Shown here: piece by piece, positions 45,401-55,331 of the stretch
How positions within the stretch are numbered: position 1 is the first letter of the stretch
Layout of the letters: every line of letters starts with the position of its first letter
From: a virus
Lineage: Duplodnaviria > Heunggongvirae > Uroviricota > Caudoviricetes
Strand: one strand, 5' to 3'
IMG/VR virus record: IMGVR_UViG_3300021255_001602
Span: 64,001 to 128,000 of that record
DNA length: 64,000 nt
The notes under the pieces: model-generated
The model's database searches: none
The model's input: the letters and a program-made list of their open reading frames with translations, nothing else
Told to the model about the DNA's origin: nothing
Position numbers and translations under genes: made by a program

Positions 45401-46406
45401 AATCCAACAAGGGAATGTTATCCTTATATTTAATAAATAATTCTTTATCAGGCTCTGTCAAATCAAAAGGAATATAAGGAATATCCAACTCTTTCGTCAA
45501 TGAATAATACTGAATCTTATCATAAATAAGCATAGTATTATTTAATCCTAACTCAACTGCATCATACCCGATTGATTCATCCATATAACTATGAACTTCC
45601 TCTTTGGTCATGATATAAGTTGTAGTATAGAAATCATCAACTTCTCTATCACCTTCAGCAGCTTTCAAAAAAGCTTTATGAATTTCTCTATCTTCCTTTT
45701 TCAGATAATGGGCGTCCAATGTAATAATATAAGGAACGCCTAATTCCTGAGATAGCTGAATAATAGCTTTATTAACAAAAATCTGATCTTCATGTGGATT
45801 TGGTTGTATCTCTAAAAAGAAATAATCATTACCAAACCAATCAATCATTGTTTCGATCCAATAATTAATATTATCCCAGATTTGAGCACGCTTCATAGGG
45901 TCTTGTTCATCTCTATATTTAATAAGCTGTCTAGGAATACTTCCCCCCAAACATGCAGAGGAACCGATTAAATGCCCTTTATATTTCTCCAATAACTCCT
46001 GCAAATCAGAATAATAAGTTGGCACTCGATACATCACAGACATAAATGAATTGTTGACCCAAGCTTTGGTACTTAATTCACGAATAGCTTTATGACCCTC
46101 AGCATCGAGTGCAATTAAGATAAAATGAGGATAAAAATTGCTTCCTTTATTATCTGCGGTAATTGATTCAGGACACAAATAAATCTCATTTCCAAGACCC
46201 AACTTAAATCCTTTATATTCTGGTTTATCCTTAACTGAATCAAAGTATTTTAAAGCGTCAAGATGACTACCTATTGTCTCATGCTCTGTTACCACGCAGC
46301 CTGACCAGCCACACTGTCTATGATATTCAATAAAATCAGGCACCTTAATAATAGCGTCCCTAAGACGATAATTTGAATGATCCGTATGCCCATGACATGA
46401 AAACAT
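42483..46406 (-). CDS. dnaE: DNA polymerase III alpha subunit
   Basis: PHP domain HGHTDHS, GRGSGGG, LDIDTD, SHAGGIII, GYGFNKSH, C-terminal OB fold. Confidence 0.95.
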   Translation of the reverse strand: MFSCHGHTDHSNYRLRDAIIKVPDFIEYHRQCGWSGCVVTEHETIGSHLDALKYFDSVKDKPEYKGFKLGLGNEIYLCPESITADNKGSNFYPHFILIALDAEGHKAIRELSTKAWVNNSFMSVMYRVPTYYSDLQELLEKYKGHLIGSSACLGGSIPRQLIKYRDEQDPMKRAQIWDNINYWIETMIDWFGNDYFFLEIQPNPHEDQIFVNKAIIQLSQELGVPYIITLDAHYLKKEDREIHKAFLKAAEGDREVDDFYTTTYIMTKEEVHSYMDESIGYDAVELGLNNTMLIYDKIQYYSLTKELDIPYIPFDLTEPDKELFIKYKDNIPLLDFFYHSEYPADRHMTRELLRSIDTKNTHYQCQRGYEMINECLSYIKISSEVNKVRWSKYLMQVRDYIKLAWEAGTLVMPGRGSGGGFCLLYLLDIIQVDPLREKTKLYPWRFLNPYRTSVLDIDTDIESAKREAVIQKFIDTYGSDRVSKVMTLQTEKSKSAILTASRGLGISNDVASYIASLVVFDRGQARSLKTMYYGDEENPPVSEFVKEMNARPQLWEVAQKIEGLISGIGSHAGGIIICDKPLTESTALMRTNSGDVITQFDLHGDEAVSLIKIDELSTDATDLLHATLNLLLKDNQIQWQGDLYSTYMKYLGIYNIDRDAPELWKMIGDQKIMNLFQFDKDSGKKALSLVKPHSVDDLATINSVIRLMPQNKGDEMPLEKYARFHENIQLWYDEMTEYGLTQEEQDILKDILGISYGICEAQEYLVLLTMHPKIGGFDLRWSDQLRKSVAKKNPKDFLRLEKEFFENAKEKNLSPNLTNYVWYQLIYTQRGYGFNKSHTLCYSCIGLQEAWLNYKYNPIYWQTANLIVRSGSYNADANDATDYGKMAVAIAAIQHEGVTISNPDINNPQFEFVPDVKNEQIVFSMKGVNGVNTELAQSIIQNAPYVSIQDFATRMLDTKIIHPAQMIKLIKGGCFLTLHNPDRFKTMEWYLRNYCFEPLSKLTMTQLPKMQEFGIIPEQYRNSLNCIKIKQYVLDDEGLYKLYIDPNKKLPKRGYHDRYFILDDMSQPAVKKYFTEECIVDVKDGYYIISEKKFLKECDMLTQPLRDWFGSEDALNTYNSALFQSLWNDKASGTEASWNMEACCYYDQNHELDGINEAEYGIVNYFNLPENPEPYTWYRRKVDGEWKNVPKYRVCRIAGTVLKSDNNRHSIALLTCYGVVNVKFYKGSYAFYNKRISQPLGDGKKKVLEESWLKRGNKLLISGIRRDDQFFPLIYKDTIYNHTVNLIKNITPDGKLELQFERTKVDE

Positions 46407-46418
46407 ATATATCTCCTA

Positions 46419-47474
46419 TTAGAAAATCAATTTACGACCATCATTTAATTTCGTATTGTTATTATCTACTTTTTTACTCACTTTGTCAAGCGCATTATAA
46501 CGCTTGTTGACACGCCAGTTTTTATTCTCCGGTGTCCAAAGACTATAATATTCGCAGTCACCTTTGAATTCATGTGCTTTAGGATTCGTGACACTATAGC
46601 TACACCATGCACAAAGCGGGCTAGGCTTCGGAATCCAGATACCACTCTTCTTATTCTGATCAATTTTATCAAGAGTATTATCTAATGTTCTTTCCAGCCT
46701 TTTCTCCCAACCTTTGGTCATAGCTTTCTGACTCTCATCAATTAAAATAAAACGATATAAAAAACTAATAGGAATCCGACCAAACATCTGATAGATTGCT
46801 AATGCATAAATCCCAAACTGAAGTGATGTCGCAATTTTATCGCTTTTATATATAGCTTTCGAGGTCTTATAATCCACTGTACGAAAACTACCATATATAT
46901 TCTGATCCACTCTATCAATAAACCCATTAAAAATAACTCTATCTTTATATACAAATTCAAACGGCAACTCAGTATATACAGGACGCCAGATTGATGTGTC
47001 TTCCATCTCATGATACATACTCTTTTTAAATACTTCCATTTTTTCTTCGTATGTCATGCCTGAAGCATTATCTGGCGTATACCATTCTTCGAAATATTTC
47101 CGCTTTAATTCATCTAATCCTAAGATGTGCTCTCTCGTCTTTGAATCCGTTTCAACCGTACCATATTTCAATATGAATTCCAGATTATCATAATCAATAG
47201 GCACGCCAACGATAATATCTTTAACACGTTCTTCTTCTATTTTGTGAAGCAGCGACCCCAATTCAAGTGCCAGTGTGGTATCTTTGCTATATTTCTTTTC
47301 ACCGTATTTAAGGTTATATTGAAAAGGACAGTTTTTATAAACTTCCAATCCGCTATAACTCAATCTAGGCAGCACACCTCGATCAGCATTAGCAACAGAC
47401 CTCACTTTCCCCTTAAAAAATTCATCCATCGACTCATTATAATTCTCCACCAAATCATTACCCATATTTAACAC
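46419..47474 (-). CDS. PD-(D/E)xK nuclease (RecB/Cas4-like)
   Basis: LSYS...CP, GSLLH, GFIDRVD, VDYKTS, QFGIY, C-terminal CAWC...C. Confidence 0.85.
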   Translation of the reverse strand: MLNMGNDLVENYNESMDEFFKGKVRSVANADRGVLPRLSYSGLEVYKNCPFQYNLKYGEKKYSKDTTLALELGSLLHKIEEERVKDIIVGVPIDYDNLEFILKYGTVETDSKTREHILGLDELKRKYFEEWYTPDNASGMTYEEKMEVFKKSMYHEMEDTSIWRPVYTELPFEFVYKDRVIFNGFIDRVDQNIYGSFRTVDYKTSKAIYKSDKIATSLQFGIYALAIYQMFGRIPISFLYRFILIDESQKAMTKGWEKRLERTLDNTLDKIDQNKKSGIWIPKPSPLCAWCSYSVTNPKAHEFKGDCEYYSLWTPENKNWRVNKRYNALDKVSKKVDNNNTKLNDGRKLIF

Positions 47475-47596
47475 TTCCCCTCTAATCCAAAATTAAGGGG
47501 TTTTTGATGGTAATTTTTGATGCCATCTACTCACCCCTTCATCCCCTCACAGGACTATCCAGAACTCAAAATTTAATTCTTTTTTCCACTTATTTT

Positions 47597-48082
47597 TTAC
47601 TTCTGCCAGTCAATAGAGCCATACGGGTAGCAAGCCATACCTGTGTCTTCCCATCGACCACTATTTGGATTCAGCCACTGATAACAACGGCGATTAGCAT
47701 TATATCGACTCATCCTACCAGCAGTCAAATATTTGACGCTTGTACTATGACGATTGAGTTTAATATATCTACTACTTTTTGTCTGCTTCTGACCGTTACT
47801 CTTAAAGTAATACATCTTACCATGTCTGATCCTAAGAGCATCAGTTGTACAAGAACCCTTTGGATAAGAACTTGAACTGGTTTTATGCCCATAATAAGTT
47901 TTACCATGATATTTAAAATATCCTGTTCTGGGCTTACCATTTTTCATGATATATACATGTCCAGTTTTAGGATCAGTCCAGCGACCATTCTTAGGTTTAG
48001 CCGATACAGATGTCGCAAAAAATGCGACTACCATCATCATACACAGAGCAGCGACTACAAGTTTCTTCCAATTGTTTTTCAT
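47597..48082 (-). CDS. Secreted protein with cell-wall-binding-type repeats
   Basis: Signal peptide ending VSA; RTGYFKYHGKTYY and GKMYYFKSNG repeats. Confidence 0.7.
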   Translation of the reverse strand: MKNNWKKLVVAALCMMMVVAFFATSVSAKPKNGRWTDPKTGHVYIMKNGKPRTGYFKYHGKTYYGHKTSSSSYPKGSCTTDALRIRHGKMYYFKSNGQKQTKSSRYIKLNRHSTSVKYLTAGRMSRYNANRRCYQWLNPNSGRWEDTGMACYPYGSIDWQK

Positions 48083-48096
48083 ATTGTATTCTCCTG

Positions 48097-48492
48097 TTAT
48101 TCAGATACGATAGATACTTTATAACCAAGTTCTTTTTCAATTTCTTTCAGTGTCATAGAATGAACTTCAGGTTCATTTGCAAGTTCCAAGTTATTACAAC
48201 CAATAAGAAAAATCTTCTTATAATCATCGTCACTATAATCCATTAAATCAGTTGCTAAAGTAATTAATGCATTAGGTGATAGCGCATCGTCTACATACAA
48301 CACTTCAAATACTCTATCATCATCGTGCTTATGCTCAAAATAATTTGTAGAATCATTATACGCATAACGAATCAGATAATTAACATCCAAATCATGAACA
48401 TGGTCTAGAAACCATGCAATATTTGTTGTATAACCACCACCCCAATTTGTGACTCTTACCAAATCTCCGACTTTCATATCTTTCACCTCCAA
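48097..48492 (-). CDS. Hypothetical phage protein
   Basis: 131 aa; ends MTLKEIEKELGYKV. Confidence 0.65.
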   Translation of the reverse strand: MEVKDMKVGDLVRVTNWGGGYTTNIAWFLDHVHDLDVNYLIRYAYNDSTNYFEHKHDDDRVFEVLYVDDALSPNALITLATDLMDYSDDDYKKIFLIGCNNLELANEPEVHSMTLKEIEKELGYKVSIVSE

Positions 48493-48678
48493 TCAAAACT
48501 GAACAACCATTGTATAAGTGAACACCACCATCAACACCAACGGGATAACTGCTGTCGCAATATCTTTAAAAGTGGCATCCTTCTTACCGCCAAAGAACGT
48601 TCGACAGTTCAATCCCGCAGCCATAAGAGCACACATGCCACCAACGAGTTTCACAATCAGTTCAATAATCACACTCAT
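48493..48678 (-). CDS. Small membrane protein
   Basis: 61 aa, two hydrophobic segments. Confidence 0.5.
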   Translation of the reverse strand: MSVIIELIVKLVGGMCALMAAGLNCRTFFGGKKDATFKDIATAVIPLVLMVVFTYTMVVQF

Positions 48679-48683
48679 AATTC

Positions 48684-49832
48684 TCAGTCCTTTCTTTTCA
48701 TTACATCATTAACGTCATCCATCGTTACTAAAATTTTTTCTTTCATTAACTGTAGCAAGATATCTTTACCCTTATCAGTGGGAGAATCTTTATACCCAAG
48801 CCTATGCTCTTTATCAAGCACTAGATAAACCCTGACATATGGTACAAGAGGCGCAACCTTTTTAATCAGCTTCTGATAATACGCAGTTGCTTCAAAACTA
48901 TCTGACTCTTCATACTCTCGATCCAGTCCTACGATAACTTCTTCGACTTGTAGCTGTTCTAATATAATTTTAATTTGTGTTTTTGAAATGTTTGACCCAC
49001 ATAGTCCGACCACAAAACTATCATCTCCAAAATATGAATAAGCTTGTAGCACTGATTTTTCAGCTTCAACCAGCATCACTTTCTTACACTGGCGAATCTT
49101 ATCTTTAGCAACATGAATGCCATATAAGTTACTACCAAGCTGATGACTCAAGAAGCGTCCACCGATTTGCAATGGCACATATTTACCAAAACGTTCAACA
49201 TCTTCATCGTCTAAGAATCGTCCTCTAATACCGATAAGCCGCTCATTAATATCTCGATGTGGAATGGTTATCTGATTAGTTAATCCATAATAACCAATTT
49301 CAAATCTGGACATTGCTTCACGAGTAATATGTTCGTCAAGCCAACCTTGATATGGTGCATACCAAAATATATCAAGTATATTCTCATTAATCTCAGTCAG
49401 ATTAGGTACGGCTTTTGAGTTTTTCTTTGCAGATTTAAGACGATTAATCCACTCAAAGTCTGTAATAGTTTTTTCAGGTGGAATCTGCTCAGGGTCTTTC
49501 TCATATAGCCGACCAGTTTTAGAAGCTATATAATATAAAGCACGATAGTAAGTTAGTGTCTTGCCTTTTAATCTATGAGCACGAATAACCAATTCAATGA
49601 TTCCATATGAATCTGAACATGTCCAACATTTGAAGCGGTGAGAATCATGATAATATGTTAATTTATAAGGGCTATCCCCACCGTGACAAATAAAGGTTGA
49701 GAATAAAAGATTCCCCTGACTATCTCGCTTATATTCTGGTGAGCCAAGTTCTGCACAAATCTTAATGATATCTTCGTCAGTTAATGAATCTAATATTTTT
49801 TTCTGATCTAAATACATATCTTCTCTCACCAA
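48684..49832 (-). CDS. dnaG: DNA primase (Zn finger + TOPRIM)
   Basis: CHGG...C..C Zn ribbon, IPHRD, GR, LYG, LVEAEKS, GLDRE. Confidence 0.88.
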   Translation of the reverse strand: MVREDMYLDQKKILDSLTDEDIIKICAELGSPEYKRDSQGNLLFSTFICHGGDSPYKLTYYHDSHRFKCWTCSDSYGIIELVIRAHRLKGKTLTYYRALYYIASKTGRLYEKDPEQIPPEKTITDFEWINRLKSAKKNSKAVPNLTEINENILDIFWYAPYQGWLDEHITREAMSRFEIGYYGLTNQITIPHRDINERLIGIRGRFLDDEDVERFGKYVPLQIGGRFLSHQLGSNLYGIHVAKDKIRQCKKVMLVEAEKSVLQAYSYFGDDSFVVGLCGSNISKTQIKIILEQLQVEEVIVGLDREYEESDSFEATAYYQKLIKKVAPLVPYVRVYLVLDKEHRLGYKDSPTDKGKDILLQLMKEKILVTMDDVNDVMKRKD

Positions 49833-51727
49833 TCAAAACTTCTTTTCACTGTCTGCTCTTTTGTTTCTGCCCAATCTTCAACTGTTTCAAGCTGAGTCCT
49901 ATGTTCATTAAAAAAATCATCTCCCATAAACGTAACATCACCCGCATAAACACCATTTCCATCCCAAACATCACAACCATACTTCATTGATGGCTCTCTA
50001 AATTCGTTAACACTAATTACTTCAATCCGATAATCCATACCATTTTCTGAATGAAAAATAAATTTATCATTTTCTTTAACATTCATTATATTCTTTTCTT
50101 CATTTCTAACTGGTTTCGAATTAACTTCTTCTACAATTTCGGGTTTTTCATCATGTACATGGGACTCCAGAACAGAATGCTCCTGAATCTTAGCTTCAAC
50201 TTGTTCAATCTGAGTAAAATCAATATCAATAAGATTAAAATCAAAATCCGTTACGAACAGGGCTTCTTCTGTCATCGTACCAAGATCAATATCGCTCCAA
50301 ATAATTAATTTTGTCAAACGTCCACGCCTAACTTTATACACCCAATGCCCCATATTCGGCATCCGTAATCCAAAATGAGTTTGAATAATTGTATTAAGTT
50401 TCTCACTCTCTCTAGCGTTAGGCGGCATTGAAATAATACCAACATCCAATTTATTCGCTAATGCTTTTGCCCCAGCAAGAAGATTCTGATCTTTAATAAG
50501 AGCATTTTGTGCTTCACCATTAAGCTGTGATGCGGTAGCAATATGAATATCTAATTGTTGTGCAAGGGTTTTTAGTTCTGTCGAAAAAACTAACAGAAGC
50601 TGGTGTTCTTTTAAACCGCCCATCCTAGTTTTACTGGACACTTCTGACATCAAACGCATACTATTCCATATATAATCAAAATATATATATTCAACACGAT
50701 ATTCCCTATTATATTTTTTAATTATATTTTTTATATCGTCAATTGAAAAATCAGGAATATGGACAATATATATAGGTGAGGATTTAATATATTGAACGGC
50801 TTGTTTTACCCTGTCTAATTCCCCCTCTTTATATTCTCCATACAAAATATGTTCTTCATTTACTTTAGAAACGGTTGCAATAACTATAGTTTGAATTTCA
50901 TCTACAGTCATTTCTGTCGTAATATATAATGTGGGTTCAGACAAACCAGTATATTTCCAATCTTTTGATTTACTATCATAATAATATGGTATCGAATCTT
51001 TTACTGCATCTCCTACAGCCATACGACTTTTCCCGAAACCTTGGGCTGAAGACCTCATATAAAGGCACCCTTTTCTTGCACCTCGTGTTACAGTGGTTAA
51101 CCCATCATTATTCAATGGCATGCCGACATCAGGAATCTTCATGAAACTCTCAATCAAATCCATTGCATCATCAGCCGCCTGAATCTCAGTAGTTAACATA
51201 TTGGTACAGTACCGAATCGTAGGAGTGATAACTAAATCCGTTTCTACCAGACCGACAATATCCTGTTCAGTGTAATTGTCAAACTTTTCCATCTCTTTGG
51301 TCAAGTCCTCTACACCAACAGTCGGATCAAAAATCGTCTTAGTATTATACCCCTTTTTCTCATAATACCTGAGCAAAGAATATTTTCTGAGCCTATGATA
51401 ATAGTAATCATAATTATCCAGACTGCTTAACTCTCTAGCATCAGCTAAATATTTCAATCCATCATTCGCCTGAAATATCTCATACTGTTCTTTATACGAT
51501 GAAAGATATGAATCAATCGTAAATTCGTCAATATCTTTAACCCCTTGCATATATGAGTTAAAGATAGCCACATAGATCAATTCATACAATGTTTCTGTAT
51601 CGAAATCCGTCCTGTCCAAAGGTCGGTCAATATCATCAATCAAAGTGGGGTCGAGCATTAAACACCCAATCGTATTCAGAATTGCCCGTTTATCAGTTAG
51701 TGTTTCATACATTCGCATCTCCCCCAA
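49826..51727 (-). CDS. dnaB: Replicative DnaB-like helicase with C-terminal extension
   Basis: SAQGFGKS Walker A, TEMT, FDYI, SQLN, KVRRG. Confidence 0.88.
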   Translation of the reverse strand: MGEMRMYETLTDKRAILNTIGCLMLDPTLIDDIDRPLDRTDFDTETLYELIYVAIFNSYMQGVKDIDEFTIDSYLSSYKEQYEIFQANDGLKYLADARELSSLDNYDYYYHRLRKYSLLRYYEKKGYNTKTIFDPTVGVEDLTKEMEKFDNYTEQDIVGLVETDLVITPTIRYCTNMLTTEIQAADDAMDLIESFMKIPDVGMPLNNDGLTTVTRGARKGCLYMRSSAQGFGKSRMAVGDAVKDSIPYYYDSKSKDWKYTGLSEPTLYITTEMTVDEIQTIVIATVSKVNEEHILYGEYKEGELDRVKQAVQYIKSSPIYIVHIPDFSIDDIKNIIKKYNREYRVEYIYFDYIWNSMRLMSEVSSKTRMGGLKEHQLLLVFSTELKTLAQQLDIHIATASQLNGEAQNALIKDQNLLAGAKALANKLDVGIISMPPNARESEKLNTIIQTHFGLRMPNMGHWVYKVRRGRLTKLIIWSDIDLGTMTEEALFVTDFDFNLIDIDFTQIEQVEAKIQEHSVLESHVHDEKPEIVEEVNSKPVRNEEKNIMNVKENDKFIFHSENGMDYRIEVISVNEFREPSMKYGCDVWDGNGVYAGDVTFMGDDFFNEHRTQLETVEDWAETKEQTVKRSFDW

Positions 51728-52307
51728 TAGATGTTATATCTATTTGTTTAATTTTCTTCTGTTTCGTGTCTATATAAACAGTCTTGTGTTTATACATACC
51801 TTTAGTGTTAACATCTTTGTTCCTGTCCTCAACACCCTTAACAGCCTTATAATGAGCCTGTGCTTCAGTATAATAATAAGGAATAAGACCAACGATATCT
51901 TCACCAAAATCTTTTTCAAGAATGTTCCGCATGTAGGTAAGTGTAGCATACAGTCCTTGGAATGTAAAGGCATATTTTTTAATATAGTTTTCTGTAAGCG
52001 CATACACCTTAACCGGAAGTTCTGAAACGCCTATATTCTTTTTTAAATAATCATAATATAAATTCTTCTGAATATACTCTTCATCTGTAAGACCGTCTTT
52101 AAGTTCGACCTGCGCTTTAGGCTTTGCTCTGGTCTTCTTTTCTTCTGCTTTCTTCTGAACTTGTTCTTCCTTATCTACATGAATGGCCTTGGCAGCAGCA
52201 CGGAAACATGTGATATGCGCATAGCGATTCTTATAAGGGATTGATTCATTATTATCTTCAATTGGAAGTCCACATAACACACATTTCCGCTTTCTGCCTT
52301 TAGCCAT
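51705..52307 (-). CDS. Zn-finger protein adjacent to the helicase (possible loader/partner)
   Basis: CVLC...HITC; overlaps the helicase start. Confidence 0.5.
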   Translation of the reverse strand: MAKGRKRKCVLCGLPIEDNNESIPYKNRYAHITCFRAAAKAIHVDKEEQVQKKAEEKKTRAKPKAQVELKDGLTDEEYIQKNLYYDYLKKNIGVSELPVKVYALTENYIKKYAFTFQGLYATLTYMRNILEKDFGEDIVGLIPYYYTEAQAHYKAVKGVEDRNKDVNTKGMYKHKTVYIDTKQKKIKQIDITSIGGDANV

Positions 52308-52325
52308 TACATTCTCCTTTTTAAT

Positions 52326-53051
52326 TTAAATATGACAATCTACAATAGTTGCGACCCAATCAAACTCAGCCGTATCAATAAAGCGCTCTTTAAAATGAAG
52401 ATCCCATTCAAGTTCATCGGCAGGATCACCATCTGTACAAGCCCACCAGCCCATTTGAGACGGCTCATGCCAAATACCATCTGGAGTTACAACCGCATGA
52501 TAACAAGGGAGTTCCTGAGTTTTGATATATGTCTCTGCATCTTTAAAACGCTTTTTATAATATTCAGGGTTATAGAAGAAGTACTTATCCTTTTCTCCAT
52601 CAGCGCCTTCAATATTCACATTCCACCATTTAATTATATCTTCTCTTTCTTTCGTGTCAAGAGGTTGCACCCATTTAACATGACGCACAAAAGCACTATT
52701 TGTATGATGAATATTCCCATATCCTGCACGAGCAGTTGGAATTATTGTCAGCGCATCACTAAAGCGACCGCCAACCTGATACCAATCCCACTTACTATGA
52801 GGATTATAAGTACTTAAAATATTGTTATCATCATCTACCATATTACCATACCATTCACATGCTTCTTGGAAGATTTCATCATCAGACATATCTTTACATG
52901 TATTCGGATATTCTTCTCGCATCTTATTAATAGCCTGAGTACGTGTATACTTAATATAAGGCTCTACTTCCAAATTCTCATTATAAGGCGCAAGCAGGTC
53001 TTCAACGAACTGGTCTTCTTCATGTAGAACTAATACTGCAAAATGACTCAT
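52326..53051 (-). CDS. Hypothetical phage protein
   Basis: 241 aa; KWDWYQVGGRF, VVTPDGIWHE, DCHI. Confidence 0.7.
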   Translation of the reverse strand: MSHFAVLVLHEEDQFVEDLLAPYNENLEVEPYIKYTRTQAINKMREEYPNTCKDMSDDEIFQEACEWYGNMVDDDNNILSTYNPHSKWDWYQVGGRFSDALTIIPTARAGYGNIHHTNSAFVRHVKWVQPLDTKEREDIIKWWNVNIEGADGEKDKYFFYNPEYYKKRFKDAETYIKTQELPCYHAVVTPDGIWHEPSQMGWWACTDGDPADELEWDLHFKERFIDTAEFDWVATIVDCHI

Positions 53052-53239
53052 TATGTACTCTCCTTTTTCTTGTTAATTCCATTTTCACAAATCTGCACTT
53101 CATTACCCATCTGCGCTGGTTGACCTACATATGGACAATTAATACAAGCTGGGTGTGAAGCACAGATTTGGAGCATTTGTTGAGCATAATTATTTTGTTG
53201 ATTACCCATGATGTCTATATTGATTCCGTTTATATTCAT
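53051..53239 (-). CDS. Small Cys-containing hypothetical protein
   Basis: 62 aa; C...CINCPY. Confidence 0.5.
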   Translation of the reverse strand: MNINGINIDIMGNQQNNYAQQMLQICASHPACINCPYVGQPAQMGNEVQICENGINKKKEST

Positions 53240-53263
53240 AAGTATTACCTATTAAATGTGAAA

Positions 53264-53306
53264 AATATCTTTCAAATGAATTGTGGATATTCATTTGAAA
53301 GATATT
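53264..53306. terminator. Perfect 18-bp inverted repeat (likely terminator)
   Basis: AATATCTTTCAAATGAAT-tgtggat-ATTCATTTGAAAGATATT just after the HNH gene. Confidence 0.6.
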
Positions 53307-53326
53307 GAATTAATTAATTATTATTA

Positions 53327-54241
53327 CTATGAGCACTTAGATCTTGTTTTAATTTTTTCTAATGTCGAGTCTCTTAATTGATATCTATCAAATTCCAAAG
53401 CTTCCTCTACTGTATAATTACAACTATTTAATCTTGCTTTGGTTCTAAAATAGTCAAGATTAAGTTCATCGCACCATTGTGCAAGTGTTTGAGTACGTCC
53501 TTTATAAGTGAGAAGCTTATTGGTAGAAACATTATTAGCTTGCTCTGTAACAGTCGCCCATCTACAATTTGATGGTTCATAATTACCATTGCCATCAATT
53601 CGATCAATTGTTAAATCATCTTGATATCCATGTGACAATGCCCAATCTTTAAAAATAAACCAATCATACCACTCATCGCATACTTTAATTCCACGTCCAC
53701 CATACAAGTCATAATGTATATTATATTTAGAATCGCATCTATTTCTCATAGCACCCCAAATACGATACAAGCGCTCATACTTAGGATTTGTACTATCGCC
53801 ATTCCAACATCCAGTCTCTTTATTCCTCTGAGCGGTTAATTCTGATTGTAAACATCCACATGATTGAGTATTACCAGTACGCAGTAAAATTTGACTCACA
53901 ATCACTTCATTCCCACAGTCACATTTACATCTTAATTTACGATCACTTTTTTCATCGCAACCCAAATCTTCTATTACGGTTAGCCGACCAAATTTTTGAC
54001 CGACTAACCAAATACCATGACAGCGAACGCATCCCGATTGGTTCTTTCTTACATATTTTTTTAAATCGCATCCATGTTTAGTAGATAAATTCCCGCATTT
54101 ACTACATTGGCAATTCCATGTCAACATTCTTTTATTATATTTAATTTTAGTTTTTTCTGTTTCTTCTTCATTTAATCCTAGAACTACTAAATCACCGAAT
54201 TGTTTTCCTGTTAAATCTTCATATACACCCGGCTTACTCAT
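53327..54241 (-). CDS. HNH homing endonuclease
   Basis: Two GQKFG.L.V...C.C.CG repeats; YGGRGIKVCDEW; LTIDRIDGNGNYEPSNCRW. Confidence 0.88.
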   Translation of the reverse strand: MSKPGVYEDLTGKQFGDLVVLGLNEEETEKTKIKYNKRMLTWNCQCSKCGNLSTKHGCDLKKYVRKNQSGCVRCHGIWLVGQKFGRLTVIEDLGCDEKSDRKLRCKCDCGNEVIVSQILLRTGNTQSCGCLQSELTAQRNKETGCWNGDSTNPKYERLYRIWGAMRNRCDSKYNIHYDLYGGRGIKVCDEWYDWFIFKDWALSHGYQDDLTIDRIDGNGNYEPSNCRWATVTEQANNVSTNKLLTYKGRTQTLAQWCDELNLDYFRTKARLNSCNYTVEEALEFDRYQLRDSTLEKIKTRSKCS

Positions 54242-55232
54242 TAAGCAAATCCTTCATATCTGAAAGAATAACTTCTACAGCTTCCTGCTGCTTAGGTGTG
54301 CAATTAGAAACCAATGCACCTTTGCCAAGAACATTTTCAACAATTTCAGTGATTTTTTCTTTAGAACCAAACTTCTCAACAATCTGAGCGCCAATTTCTC
54401 CGACTTCATTCATGACATCTTCAAAGTCTCGTTTTTCGGTTTCAAACATAGCATCACGCTCTTCTTTAGAAGTTGGTGTAATACCTTCAGCCTTAGCCTG
54501 TCGATCAATTGCATCATAATAAGCTTTTACAAGATTACCTGCTGTAAAATCCTCAATAATTGGATCAAAATATTCGTTTCTTGTTCTTGCAAAACATTCT
54601 GGTGTATCTACAAGTAACAGAGAAGAATGAATTGATTTTCCGGTATCAGGATCAGCCCCGTTGCTTTTTACATAGCCAATAATTTCACTATGATTAATAA
54701 GGATAGGAAGCATTCTCTTCGCATCGCCTACAGGGAAATTCTTTCCTGTATCATCTGTCATGGTATGAAGAATAAATACAACACAGAATCCAGAACCAAT
54801 TACTTTAAGAATTTCTGACTCCCATTCTGCTTTCAGGTCACCCCATAAGCCATAACCACCATTACCTTCTTTAATTTTGTTAACACCTTCTGTATTAGCG
54901 ACATATTTTTCACAATAGGAATAAAGAATTTCCATTTCATCAAGAACAAGAGTTTGAAAATTTTTATGTATCGTTTCAAAATTTTTGCGATTACAAAATA
55001 CTTTTACAAAATCTTTAAACTCTTTCCATGAAAGAATAGGCTGAAAAGGAACATTATTAAGACCACTCAGTCCACTCTTACCAAAAGCAAGATAATATGG
55101 ACGCTCCATTTTTGTTGCAACAGGTGTCTTTCCTAAACCGCCTCTACCATAAATCGTAATAACCAAACCATCAGTTGTTTTTTGAACCCTAGACATTTGA
55201 GGATTCATAAGATCGTCTAATGAAAATCCCAT
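54234..55232 (-). CDS. AAA ATPase (AAA_24/Sak4-like NTP-binding protein)
   Basis: YGRGGLGKT Walker A, LVLDE Walker B. Confidence 0.75.
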   Translation of the reverse strand: MGFSLDDLMNPQMSRVQKTTDGLVITIYGRGGLGKTPVATKMERPYYLAFGKSGLSGLNNVPFQPILSWKEFKDFVKVFCNRKNFETIHKNFQTLVLDEMEILYSYCEKYVANTEGVNKIKEGNGGYGLWGDLKAEWESEILKVIGSGFCVVFILHTMTDDTGKNFPVGDAKRMLPILINHSEIIGYVKSNGADPDTGKSIHSSLLLVDTPECFARTRNEYFDPIIEDFTAGNLVKAYYDAIDRQAKAEGITPTSKEERDAMFETEKRDFEDVMNEVGEIGAQIVEKFGSKEKITEIVENVLGKGALVSNCTPKQQEAVEVILSDMKDLLNE

Positions 55233-55331
55233 AATTATATATCTCCTTTATTGAATATTTGTCCCCAATAATATACATTATTAGGGACAAATTTAATTTT
55301 ATTATATATCACATATCATATATTATTTATA

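Noticed and set aside
34307-46406. Inteins or introns in nrdD, recD2 or dnaE
   Set aside because: Lengths are ordinary, frames are uninterrupted and no intein splice motifs were seen; the two HNH genes are free-standing
46419-47474. Cas4 as part of a CRISPR-Cas locus
   Set aside because: Solitary PD-(D/E)xK nuclease inside the replication cluster with no other cas genes
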